64,000 bases of DNA from Phyllobates terribilis (taxonomy: Eukaryota): contig NW_027362771.1 in NCBI RefSeq assembly GCF_046119375.1, positions 512,244,001 through 512,308,000 on the forward strand, in the 5' to 3' direction. Of this stretch, positions 39,676-50,892 are shown piece by piece. A program made the translations under genes and the position numbers. Numbering within the stretch: position 1 is the first letter of the stretch; the number at the start of each line of letters is the position of its first letter. The notes beneath the pieces are model-generated. The model searched no databases and was not told the origin of the DNA. It was given only the letters and a program-made list of their open reading frames with translations.

Positions 39676-39802
39676 CCAATGAGGATCCTAAGAAGTGTGG
39701 GCACATCCTGTTAGGCATGTAGGCATCTTAACTAATGGCATGGCTGTGATTGGCTGCTGAAATGATGTCATGATGCACTATAAAAGCCACCGCCGCCATT
39801 TT
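39676..39802 (+). promoter_or_regulatory. Putative internal Pol II promoter of the hAT element
   Basis: CCAAT (39676-39680), reverse CCAAT (39749-39753), TATAAAAG (39779-39786), YY1-type CCGCCATTTT (39793-39802), about 1 kb upstream of the transposase ATG. Confidence 0.45.
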
Positions 39803-39920
39803 GAGCTCACTCTGCTGTGAATTCAGTTAGGGATAGGACGCTGTTGTTCTGAGGGACAGTTTTAGCTACCTATTTGCTCTATACTGCTTTACCCAAGCTA
39901 CTTTCTAAATCACTGTGCCT

Positions 39921-40440
39921 TGCAGTGCTAGTGCACAGTTCCCTGTGCTGTTCACCGCTATCTGCAAGGTCTGTGTGTGTGAGTGCAGCTCACCCTGTAG
40001 TGTGTGCTTCAGCCAAGTCTGGTTGTAGTGCACTCAGTGTGTGTCACTGCCTCATACATTGTCCTTTTTTGCCAATTCATAATTTTTCCTGATATCTCCT
40101 ATTAGTGTGGTGGTTCCATCTGTATTCAGCTAAATTGGTTCCAAACACACTATATAGGAGTAGATAGAGAATTTTTTTTCCGTCTTGCAGCACTAGTGCA
40201 CAGTGCTCTGCATCTGTACTGTTCACCGCTGTCTGCAAGGTCTGGTGTGTGAGTGCAGCTCACCCTGTAGTGTGTGCTTCAACCCCGTCTGGTTGTAGTG
40301 CACTCAGTGTGTGTCACTGCCTCATACATTGTCCTTTATTGCCAATTCATAATTTTTCCTGATATCTCCTATTAGTGTGGTGGTTCCATCTGTATTCAGC
40401 TAAATTGATTCCAAACACACTATATAGGAGTAGATAGAGG
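39921..40440. repeat. Two-copy ~260-bp direct duplication in the 5' part of the hAT element
   Basis: gcagtgctagtgcacag...tatataggagtagatagag occurs at ~39921-40169 and ~40187-40439. Confidence 0.85.
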
Positions 40441-40794
40441 AGCCTTTCTGCAGCATTGGGCCCTGCAGCCCCAGCCAGATTAGTATTAGCCTATTTTTTG
40501 CAGCCTCATCTATTGCATTGTAGGTTACCTTCCTACATTGTAATAGCTACAAAAAGTTTGTGATACTATCGTTATTACATCTTTAGGCACATCCAGTGTC
40601 TTTTTGTGACAAAAAAAACCTAAATAAAGTTCACCAAACACTCCACTTTACAGTTGTGTAGGCCACATTAGCTCATATTAAAGTCTAGTCCACACTTTAT
40701 AAAATTAGTGTTTCTTATACCTGTTAGCAGCTGTTCAGGAATAAGCACACTAAGCCCTTAGTACTTTTCTGCCTATCTTTATCAGTCTACCAAG

Positions 40795-43700
40795 ATGAAG
40801 AAGGCAGGGAGTAAGGCATGTGGTCGTGGGCGTGGAGTTTCTGCAGGGAGAGGACGTGAGGATTCTGTGCCTGCAGGGAGAGGACGTGGGGATTCTGTGC
40901 CTGCTGCGGGCACCAGTGACTCAGCATCCCCCAGTTTTACCAGGGAACAGTCCTTTATGCGCAGCTTTGTAGGAGCTAGCCGTACCCCACTGCTGCGCGA
41001 GGACCAAATTGAAGCCGTTGTCGGATGGATGGCAGCTAACGCATCGACTTCAATTAGTTCCAGATCCTCTCAGGTCCTGAGCACTGAAGAGCACCCATCT
41101 GTCTCTTCACCACCTGCCAAATTGCCCAGGCAGTCAGAGAGCCCTGGACAGGAGCCATCTCTACTTCTGTTCTCTGAATCTCTTGGCTTGGAAAGAGGGG
41201 GCCAGCCAAGCAGAATTCGAGAATTTGAAGAAGAGGTAGTATGCAGTGATGCGCAACCGTTTTGTCTCTCTGAATCTGAAGAGGCGGGTGGGCCAGTGCC
41301 TATGGTCAGCAGCACACCTCAGTACGCATCTGATGATGAGACTCAGGTGCCACTTTCTGGTGCGTACTGTGCTGTCGAGACTACCCAGGAGAAGCAGTTG
41401 TTTGAAGAGGGTGGTGTAGATGATGAGGTCCTTGACCCATCATGGCGTGAGGGACAGGAAGGTGGTGGGAGCAGCTCTGAGGAAGAGATTCCCCGAACGG
41501 CCCAAAAAGGAGGGAGAGGGAGGGGGCAGACTTGGTTGCCTGTAGCCTCCACTTCGGCACCCATTAGGAGCATGGCTCTTCCAAAATCCAAAGCGGGCGC
41601 TCCCAAGACTTGCAGTGCCTGGTCCTTTTTTGACACAGTTGCAGATGACATTTGCTTTGTCAAATGCAAGCTGTGTAATCAGAAGGTGAAAAGAGGGAAA
41701 AGTGTCAGCAACCTCAATACCACAAATATGTGGAAACATGTGCGGACCAAGCATGTGGTGGAGTTACACAAACACACTGAAGACCTAGGCCAACCTACAG
41801 CGCCACCTACCACCTCTTCAGCTCGTGTTGTAGCCTCTTCCTCCAGCTCACACACAGCTGGTTCGGCTTCCTCACAGGATCGCCATGGAAGAATCTCTGG
41901 CACTGTCGTACAGAGACACAGTGTAATTCCACCCACAGCACCACTTTCCCAGTCATCCTCACACTCCCAGGCCAGTCTACAGCCATCGTTAGCACAGGCA
42001 TGGGAGAAAAGGCGCCCATACTCGGCAAACCACCCCCGAGCACAGGCTCTGAATGCTGGCATTGCTAAACTACTGGCCCTTGAAATGCTATCATTCAGGC
42101 TGGTGGAGACTGACACATTCCGTAACTTTATGGCATTGGCAGTCCCACAATACAACGTGCCCAGCCGCTTTTATTTCAGCAGGCAAGCCGTCCCTGCCCT
42201 GCAACATCATGTGGAGGGAAAAATTAAACATGCGCTACAAAACGCCGTCAGTAGCAAGGTCCACCTGACCACTGATGCGTGGACCAGTAAGCATGGACAG
42301 GGACGATACCTTTCCCTCACTGCCCATTGGGTAAATGTTGTGGAGCCGGGTACAGATCTTGAGAGTGGCGCTGTACGTGTTCTGCCAACTCCAAGGATTG
42401 CAGGAATCCAGTCTGTACACATTGACTCCTCCTCATACTCCAGTTCCTCTGAATCAGCGCTGCAGGAGCCGTCACGGTCTACCTCCACATCGACCCGTGA
42501 ACGGTTACCTGTTATGATGACCGATATGAGCACAGCCGTGGCCAAACGTCAACAGGCCGTATTAAAATTAATTTCTTTGGGGAATCGAAGCCACACAGCG
42601 CAGGAGCTCTGGAATGCCATCAAGCAGCAGAGTGACGTGTGGTTTGTGCCAGCGAATCTCCAGCCAGGCATGGTAGTGTGTGACAATGGCCGAAATCTGG
42701 TGGCAGCTCTGGGCCTAGGCAACCTCACTCACATCCCATGTCTGGCACATGTGCTCAACTTGGTCGTGCAGAGTTTTTTGAGGGACTATCCGGATCTTGA
42801 TGCACTGCTTCACAAGGTCCGCATAGAGTGCGCTCACTTGCGGCGTTCCAGCAATGCAAGATCACGCATTGCAGCTCTGCAGCGCCGATTATGTCTTCCG
42901 GAACATCGCATCATATGTGACCTACCCACCAGGTGGAATTCAACGTTACATATGTTGGAGAGGTTGTGTGAGCAGCAGGCAGCAGTAATGGAGTACCAGC
43001 TGCAGCAGGCGCAAACAAGTCGCAGTGCGCGCCGTTCACACTTCACCACCACTGAGTGGGCCTCTATGAAGGACATTTGCCACGTTTTGCGTGCCTTCGA
43101 TTATTCCACGCGGATGGCGAGTGCAGATGATGCACTAGTCAGCATGACTATCCCCCTTATCTGCCTGCTTGAAAAAACACTGCAAGCACTAAGGGACGAG
43201 GTTTTGGAAGAGGTGGAGGATGAGGAGTCACAAATGCCATCTGCTTCTCTACAGTCTGCGCAACGTGGTTCCTCACAAAGGCCTAGGCAGGGGACACTTT
43301 GTGAGGAGGATGAGGAGGAGTCAATGGATGAGGAAGACATCTGTCCAGAGGAGGGAGGTACACAATGCTCTAGTAGTCAGTATCTAGAGCGAGGGTGGGG
43401 TGATGCAGAGCAGGCAGAGATCACGCCTCAAGCAGGGGACAGCGTTTCTTGGCCATTTGGCAGTCTGCAGCACATGGTTGATTTCATGCTGCAGTGCCTC
43501 AGAAACGACCGCCGCATCGCCCACATTCTCAACACGGCTGATTATTGGGTGTCCACCCTCCTAGATCCTCGCTACCGGGACAACTTACAAAGCCTCATAA
43601 CACCATTGAACCGGGAGCGTAAAATGCGGGAGTACCAAGACGCACTGGTGCATTCCATCATGTTCTCCATTCCAACCGAGAGCAGTGCTGCTAGTGCTTT

Positions 43701-44175
43701 ACAAAGCAGCTCAGTGCGTCGAGGCAGTGGAGGAAGCTCTGCACAAAGAGGGAGCAGAAGCAGCGCCTCAGCACAAGGCAAGACCAGTATGGCCGAAATG
43801 TGGCAAAGTTTTGTGTCCCCGCCGCCACAAATGTCTACACCATCACAGACAGCTCCAGTCAGCAGGAGGCAACGTTTCCGTCAGATGGTGACAGACTACA
43901 TGTCTTGCCCTCTTAGTGTACTCCCAGACGGCTCTTCTCCCTTCAAGTTTTGGGTCTGTAAGCTGGATACATGGCCAGAGCTTAGTCAGTATGCACTGGA
44001 GGTGCTAGCTTGCCCTGCTGCTAGTGTATTATCGGAACGCGTCTTTAGTGCCGCAGGTGGTGTACTAACAGACCGTCGCATGCGACTATCCTCCGATAAC
44101 GTTGACCGGCTTACTTTTCTCAAAATGAACAAGGCCTGGATCTCTCATGAATTTGCCAGTCCTCTTCCAGAATAA
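40795..44175 (+). CDS. hAT transposase, 1126 aa, uninterrupted (BED zinc finger + RNase H-like DDE + C-terminal dimerisation region)
   Basis: BED finger AWSFF...CKLC...MWKHVRTKH; TTD494AWTS, VCD630NG, C649LAH, TRWNST, WPEL...ACPAASVLSE1081RVFS. Confidence 0.95.
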   Translation: MKKAGSKACGRGRGVSAGRGREDSVPAGRGRGDSVPAAGTSDSASPSFTREQSFMRSFVGASRTPLLREDQIEAVVGWMAANASTSISSRSSQVLSTEEHPSVSSPPAKLPRQSESPGQEPSLLLFSESLGLERGGQPSRIREFEEEVVCSDAQPFCLSESEEAGGPVPMVSSTPQYASDDETQVPLSGAYCAVETTQEKQLFEEGGVDDEVLDPSWREGQEGGGSSSEEEIPRTAQKGGRGRGQTWLPVASTSAPIRSMALPKSKAGAPKTCSAWSFFDTVADDICFVKCKLCNQKVKRGKSVSNLNTTNMWKHVRTKHVVELHKHTEDLGQPTAPPTTSSARVVASSSSSHTAGSASSQDRHGRISGTVVQRHSVIPPTAPLSQSSSHSQASLQPSLAQAWEKRRPYSANHPRAQALNAGIAKLLALEMLSFRLVETDTFRNFMALAVPQYNVPSRFYFSRQAVPALQHHVEGKIKHALQNAVSSKVHLTTDAWTSKHGQGRYLSLTAHWVNVVEPGTDLESGAVRVLPTPRIAGIQSVHIDSSSYSSSSESALQEPSRSTSTSTRERLPVMMTDMSTAVAKRQQAVLKLISLGNRSHTAQELWNAIKQQSDVWFVPANLQPGMVVCDNGRNLVAALGLGNLTHIPCLAHVLNLVVQSFLRDYPDLDALLHKVRIECAHLRRSSNARSRIAALQRRLCLPEHRIICDLPTRWNSTLHMLERLCEQQAAVMEYQLQQAQTSRSARRSHFTTTEWASMKDICHVLRAFDYSTRMASADDALVSMTIPLICLLEKTLQALRDEVLEEVEDEESQMPSASLQSAQRGSSQRPRQGTLCEEDEEESMDEEDICPEEGGTQCSSSQYLERGWGDAEQAEITPQAGDSVSWPFGSLQHMVDFMLQCLRNDRRIAHILNTADYWVSTLLDPRYRDNLQSLITPLNRERKMREYQDALVHSIMFSIPTESSAASALQSSSVRRGSGGSSAQRGSRSSASAQGKTSMAEMWQSFVSPPPQMSTPSQTAPVSRRQRFRQMVTDYMSCPLSVLPDGSSPFKFWVCKLDTWPELSQYALEVLACPAASVLSERVFSAAGGVLTDRRMRLSSDNVDRLTFLKMNKAWISHEFASPLPE

Positions 44176-44248
44176 ATAATTGGTTGGCAACAGTATCCAG
44201 GTCTCCTGTTCTGTTCATGTTTCTACCACCTGAACTGTAATCCCTGAG

Positions 44249-45870
44249 CTCCAACACCGCCAGTTGGCGCTCGGAAGTGCCGTCTGCACAGTCAACACTT
44301 GCTGCCGTGTTATTGGGGTTCAGTAACGTCAGCTGTTCTCCTGCTGTGCGGACGGCAATTTCTCCTGATTTGTCCACATCCACTGTACTACACATTTTAA
44401 AGTTGCTCCAATTACTCCTCTGGCTCCTCTGTTTTCATTCTTATCCCTGGGCTCCAGCACCGCCAGTTGGCGCTCGGAAGTGCTGTCTGCACAGTCAACA
44501 CTTGCTACCATGTTATTGGGGTTCAGTAACGTCAGCTGTTCCCCTGCTGTGCGGACGGCAATTTCTCCTGCTCTGTCCACATTCTCACTACTACAGATTT
44601 TAAAGTTGCTCCAATTACACCTCTGGCTCCTCTGTTTTCAGTATTATCCCTGAGCTCCAACACCGCCAGTTGGCGCACGGAAGTGCCGTCTGCACAGTCA
44701 ACACTTGCTGCCGTGTTATTGGGGTTCAGTAACGTCAGCTGTTCTCCTGCTGTGCGGACGGCAATTTCTCCTGCTTTGTCCAAATCCACTGTACTACACA
44801 TTTTAAAGTTGCTCGAATTACACCTCTGGCTCCTCTGTTTTCATTCTTATCCCTGGGCTCCAGCACCGCCAGTTGGCGCTCGGAAGTGCCGTCTGCACAG
44901 TCAACACTTGCTGCCGTGTTATTGGGGTTCAGTAACGTCAGCTGTTCTCCTGCTGTGCGGACGGCAATTTCTCCTGCTTTGTCCACATCCACTGTACTAC
45001 ACATTTTAAAGTTGCTCGAATTACACCTCTGGCTCCTCTGTTTTCATTCTTATCCCTGGGCTCCAGCACCGCCAGTTGGCGCTCGGAAGTGCCGTCTGCA
45101 CAGTCAACACTTGCTACCATGTTATTGGGGTTCAGTAACGTCAGCTGTTCCCCTGCTGTGTTCACGGCAATTTCTCCTGCTCTGTCCATATTCACTGTGC
45201 TACTTATTTAAAACTTGCTCCAATTACACCTCTGGCTCCTCCGTTTTTAGTATTTACCCTGGGCTCCAACACCGCCAGTTGGCGCTCGGAAGTGCTGTCT
45301 GCACAGTCAACACTTGCTACCATGTTATTGGGGTTCAGTAACGTCAGCTGTTCCCCTGCTGTGCGGACGGCAATTTCTCCTGCTCTGTCCACATTCTCAC
45401 TACTACAGATTTTAAAGTTGCTCCAATTACACCTCTGGCTCCTCTGTTTTCATTCTTATCCCTGGGCTCCAGCACCGCCAGTTGGCGCTCGGAAGTGCCG
45501 TCTGCACAGTCAACACTTGCTGCGGTGTTATTGGGGTTCGGTAACGTCAGCTGTTCCCCTGCTGTGTTCACGGCAATTTCTCCTGCTCTGTCCATATTCA
45601 CTGTGCTACTTATTTAAAACTTGCTCCAATTACACCTCTGGCTCCTCCGTTTTTAGTATTTACCCTGGGCTCCAATACCGCTAGTTGCTGCTCAGAAGTG
45701 CCGTCTGCACAGTCAACGCTTGCTCCAGTGTTATTGGGATTCAGTAACGTCAGCTGATCCCCAGCTGTGTGTCCGGCAAATTCTCCTGCTTTGTCCACAT
45801 CCACTGTAGTACGGATTTAAAACCTCCTCCAAATACACCTCTGGCTCTTCTGTTTTTAGTATTTACCCTG
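44249..45870. repeat. 203-bp tandem array (~8 copies) inside the hAT element
   Basis: Unit ctcca(a/g)caccgccagttggcgctcggaagtg... starts at 44249, 44452, 44655, 44858, 45061, 45264, 45467, 45670; explains the repeated ORFs. Confidence 0.95.
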
Positions 45871-47320
45871 GGCTCCAGCACCGCCAGCTGGTTCTCGGCA
45901 GTTCCATTGGCTCTTGTACCTTCTGCTACCCATCCGGGTTCCAGTACCGTCAGCTGGTTCTCGGCAGTGTCTTTGGCACGGGTACTCCCTCCTGCCCAGC
46001 CTGGTTCCAGCACGCCAGCTGTTTCCGGGTAGTGTCAACGTCACTTTGCCTCCAATGCGTTGTCCTGTCGTGTTGCGGTCGGGTTAGCCGACTCTATGGT
46101 GCCTGCAGTTTAGGTGACTCCTATGTGGGCTGCGGGATCTGGCAATGAAGGCTGGTTCCATAGTGCCAATAGGACAAGCACCCTCTGTAGGACTGTGGGT
46201 TTTGGTAACTGCGGCCGGCTCGCGGCCTTGAACTTTTTTTTTACATGGGTACCTTCTGCTACCCATCCGGGTTCCAGTACCGTCAGCTGGTTCTCGGCAG
46301 TGCCTTTGGATTAGGTGCCTCCTTCTCGGTATCCAAGTTCCACCAACGTCTGCTGGTCCTTGGTAGTGCTTTCTGGCACAGGTACCTCCTGCTTAGTAAC
46401 CGAGTTCCAGTAACATCAGCTGGTCCTCGGTAGTTCCATTGGCTCTTGTACCTTCTGCTACCCATCCGGGTTCCAGTACCGTCAGCTGGTCCTCGGTAGT
46501 TCCATTTGCTCTTGTATCTTCTGCTACCCATCCGGGTTCCAGTACCGTCAGCTGGTTCTCGGCAGTGTCTTTGGCACGGGTACTCCCTCCTGCCCAGCCT
46601 GGTTCCAGCACGCCAGCTGTTTCCGGGTAGTGTCAACGTCACTTTGCCTCCAATGCGTTGTCCTGTCGTGTTGCGGTCGGGTTAGCCGACTCTATGGTGC
46701 CTGCAGTTTAGGTGACTCCTATGTGGGCTGCGGGATCTGGCAATGAAGGCTGGTTCCATAGTGCCAATAGGACAAGCACCCTCTGTAGGACTGTGGGTTT
46801 TGGTAACTGCGGCCGGCTCGCGGCCTTGAACTTTTTTTTTACATGGGTACCTTCTGCTACCCATCCGGGTTCCAGTACCGTCAGCTGGTTCTCGGCAGTG
46901 CCTTTGGATTAGGTGCCTCCTTCTCGGTATCCAAGTTCCACCAACGTCTGCTGGTCCTTGGTAGTGCTTTCTGGCACAGGTACCTCCTGCTTAGTAACCG
47001 AGTTCCAGTAACATCAGCTGGTCCTCGGTAGTTCCATTGGCTCTTGTACCTTCTGCTACCCATCCGGGTTCCAGTACCGTCAGCTGGTTCTCGGCAGTGC
47101 CTTTGGATTAGGTGCCTCCTTCTCGGTATCCAAGTTCCACCAACGTCTGCTGGTCCTTGGTAGTGCTTTCTGGCACAGGTACCTCCTGCTTAGTAACCGA
47201 GTTCCAGTAACATCAGCTGGTCCTCGGTAGTTCCATTGGCTCTTGTACCTTCTGCTATCCATCCGGGTTCCAGTACCGTCAGCTGGTCCTCGGTAGTTCC
47301 TCAGCTTTCTTGTACCTTCT
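45870..47320. repeat. Nested 598-bp and ~198-bp duplications built from a ~60-bp subunit, inside the hAT element
   Basis: Identical ORFs at offset 598 (46084/46682, 46114/46712); gtaccttctgctacccatccgggttccagtaccgtcagctgg recurs many times. Confidence 0.9.
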
Positions 47321-47380
47321 GCTACATTTCCAAGTTCAAGCTTTTTGAAATGGTTCTTGGTAATCACTCTGGATCTCCCT

Positions 47381-48200
47381 GACGAGGACCCTGAAGACGA
47401 GGACCCTGAAGACCAACCCTAAGAAGACGAGGACCCCGAAGACAATGACCCTGAAGACGAGGACCCTGAAGACCACCCCGAAGAAGACGAGGACCCTGAA
47501 GACCACCCCGAAGAAGACGAGGACCCTGAAGACCACCCCGAAGAAGACGAGGACCCCGAAGACGAGGACCCCGAAGACGAGGACCCCGAAGACGAGGACC
47601 CCCGAAGACGACGACCCTGAAGACCACCCCGAAGAAGACCAAGAAGATGACCCTGAAGAAGTTGACCAAGAAGACAAAGAAGAGAAGACAAGCACCAAGA
47701 TACAGAAAAACAAGAGACAGAAAACCAAGAAGCAGAAATACAAGAAGCTGCAGAACAAAAAGCGGAAGAACATTAAGCATAAGACTAAAAATCAGAGCAA
47801 AAGATAATATCTAAATTATAAGCAGAAGATGACTAAGCAGTGTATGGGGGTGAGTCCGGTCCTCCTCGTGGTGCCCCTGGAAAAGACCTGCTGCTGCAGG
47901 CCAAACTGAACGCGGACAAATCCTGTTGTAAATCTTTTGTGACGGGCAGAACGAAAGGTGTAATGTCCAACCTTTTATAGATAACAACTACAGGAATGCC
48001 TGTCACAAATAAGAATATGATGAAGAAGAAGAATATGAAGAAGATGAAGAAGTAGAATATGAAGAATGTAAAAAAAAGAATAATACGAAGAAGGTGAAGA
48101 AGAAGAAGGTGAAGAAGAAGTGGATGAAAAAGATGCTGAGGATGATGAAGGAGAAAGTGTGGGAGAAGTAAAAAAGAAGGTGAAGAGCATGGAAGTAGTG
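47381..48200 (+). repeat. Purine-rich GAAGAC/GAAGAA low-complexity tracts in the 3' part of the hAT element
   Basis: (gaagacgaggaccc) type repeats at 47381-47690 and a gaagaa-rich tract at 48010-48200. Confidence 0.85.
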
Positions 48201-48688
48201 AAACATAAATATCTGACAAAATATAAAAATACTTAACATAGTTAATATTTCCATAACTCAGAACATAATAAAAAAATATTAATTCCTGCTATTCCATTTG
48301 ACTGGGCTAAACCTCTATGCCTTTATTGTCTCCCCCACCTCCCCCAATACATTCTACATTATTCTTAGTTGTTTTCCTTCATGTAGAAATAACCTACAAG
48401 GAAAGAAAGGGTTTATTTTAATTCCGATATTTATGTCCCATTGACTTGCATTGGTTTCCGGTATCGGAATCGGCGATATCCGATACTTTTTCGGTATCGG
48501 TCCGATCCAATCCGATCCGATATTTCCCGATATCGGAAGGTATCGCTCAACACTAATCATCATTCTCTGAGAGACCAATATAAGCACCACCCTATTACAG
48601 CATCCTCCCATCGTCTTCTGCTCAGGTTTCTGGTGTCTACCTGGATCATTACTGTTGTACCAAACCATTATAAATGTTCATTAGTTAC

Positions 48689-48747
48689 CATGTAGAATTG
48701 CAGGCGGTAATGCTTCTTCACCAAGCTCAGCACAAACATACAGAAGC
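48689..48747 (-). CDS. cds2: cds2 exon 6 (59 nt; FCMFVLSLVKKHYRLQFYM)
   Basis: Manual translation of the reverse complement; ctccag| acceptor, |GTAACT donor; phase fits both neighbours. Confidence 0.95.
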
Positions 48748-48963
48748 CTGGAGACAGAAGAACAGTTATGGTTAGAGATTCCGGAAGAATTTACATAAGT
48801 TGTGTACAAGAAAGTGTCGGTGGGTGTGGAGGGGTCACAGACAGAATTTCCCATTTACTTAATTTATACACACACATTATGCAAGTGATCAAAAGTGGTA
48901 AATCAATGTGCTTAGCTTTGGGGCTACGATTAGTGGTGAAAGTCTTGATGGATGTCTTGGCAT

Positions 48964-49263
48964 TAGGGTTGAGCGAGGATGTTCTGTCCGAGTATGCTCG
49001 GGCCGAGCTCCGAGTATTTACAGCTGCTCGGTGATATGGTTGAATCGCTCCCGTGTGCATGATTTGCAACTGTTTGACAGCTTTATTACATGTGAGGAAT
49101 GTGTAAGAAATAAACATTCCTCACATGCAATAAAACTGTCAAACAGTTGCAAATCATGCACACGGGAGCGATTCAACCATATCACCGAGCAGCTGTAAAT
49201 ACTCGGAGCTCGGCCCGAGCATACTCAGCGAAAGGGTTAATAGAACATACTCGCTCAACACTA
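48964..49263. mobile_element. 300-bp palindromic hAT MITE, cds2 intron 5
   Basis: Termini TAGGGTTGAGCG/CGCTCAACACTA; perfect 8-bp TSD CTTGGCAT; near-perfect internal inverted repeat with arms of ~115 bp. Confidence 0.93.
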
Positions 49264-50892
49264 CTTGGCATCAGTCCACCATAGCATTGCATTTAAAGAG
49301 AATCTGAAGATCTAAAAGCTCTGTCACTCCAGCTCTATTCCCCGCCCAGTGCCACCTCCTCCTATTGCCAGCCTGACTGCTTTTATGCGGTGTGACTTCA
49401 GGGGCAGGTTAAGCACAATGCACAGTGTTCATTCATAGACAGTGAATGGAGCGGTAATGCGCAACCTCGATTACCACATCATTCAGACTTGGCTTGATAT
49501 GTCCCTGCTCTCAGGATTGGTGGGGGTTGCAGTGGACCAGACCCCTAGAGCTCAACAAGTTCCCTGTCCCATCAGTAGGGAATAACCGATATATTTGATA
49601 AAAAGCTCTTATAGGGGTTGTATTCCTCGTCATTAAGGCGTTAAAGGGAAATATTTCTCCACTAAGTTTTCCAGTGCACTAATTCCTGCCAACATCAGGC
49701 TATTTGTACAGTTTACACTTATGTTCTCATATGGAAATACTATGATCACATAGGATACTCTGATAACTAAACAGAACATCAAGTTTCAAAAACCATTAAG
49801 GCCTCTATCCAGATAGCGCTCTGAAGAGCTCCATTCTCGGGACCCCAGGGGGTCTCCATGATCGATAGGTTCTCTCGTATCCTACGGACAAGGGAAAATT
49901 TACATACTTTGTGCAATCGTTAAACTCAATTAATGACCAAACATTTTTTTTTTGCATTTTTTGTCCCTGCATTTGCTTATTAAATATTAACATTTTCTTT
50001 TAAATTTAGGAGGGACTTTCTTCAACATTTGGAATACATTATTTTACTTATATTTTATATTTGTTACAAAATATGTCCACCAATAGGTCATACAGGCTCT
50101 CTGTGGGACAGCCATAAAAACAACAGTTACAGGGGGAAAACAGCCTCCTGTCCTAACATTAGTAAGAGACAGGACTCATCTGGGTTCCCGGCAGACATAT
50201 GATCACCGGGTACAAGAGAAGAATCGCTGATGACTTAACTCACTACATAGCGATCATGGAGTGCTATGTAGATGGCAACACAGAAGACAGAAGCGGTGAT
50301 AAACCACTTCTGCATTTTCTTTAGGATAGTCCTTGGCTGGTGTTGACTGCTGTTGGCCCAACTGGCTATGAAAAGAAGTTGCTCAAGACTCAGGACTTGC
50401 CATCAGCAAGCAGTGGGCGGCCAGAAAAGGGCTAATGGAGATTAGTGATCCCTCTAATTAGCTGATCAGAGAATATATCCCGGACATAAAGTTTATGAAC
50501 CTAATGCACTGACATTGCTTCCTCTGCACAGTATTAATCAGTGCGGAGATAACATAAGAGGGTGTTTTGCTCCCCTCAATTAAAAGTGGACTCAAAGTTT
50601 ATCTCTAATATAGTCTCTGATCACTCCTTTAGGCAAAAGGCGCACATTTTTTGGGCCACTTTGGCTAATAGAAGAGACGACAGATCCAGCTTTGGCCGTT
50701 TTCACACAGCGCATATTGCGGTCCATACTCTGATTGTACTTGTCGGATATGTGACACCGGCCTTAATGAGGGAAACATTCTGTAGAGAATCACGTGACAA
50801 CGCTTTAATCATGCATAATTCATATGTTCTACCAGGAAATGGAAAATAGGTGGAATTAAAAAAAAATGAAAAAAAAAGGAAGATGTTCTTAC

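Larger units (their letters stand above)
39527..48555 (+). mobile_element. Full-length autonomous hAT DNA transposon (9029 bp) in cds2 intron 6
   Basis: TIRs TAGTGTTGAGC/GCTCAACACTA; identical 8-bp TSD ATCATCAT (39519-39526, 48556-48563); subterminal CCGATA/TATCGG repeats at both ends; contains a transposase ORF. Confidence 0.97.

Noticed and set aside
40795-44175. Domesticated ZBED-type host gene
   Set aside because: The ORF lies within intact TIRs and a perfect TSD, so a mobile copy is the simpler reading.
47336-48254. Minus-strand hydrophobic ORFs (F/L/V-rich)
   Set aside because: Antisense reading of the purine-rich repeats.
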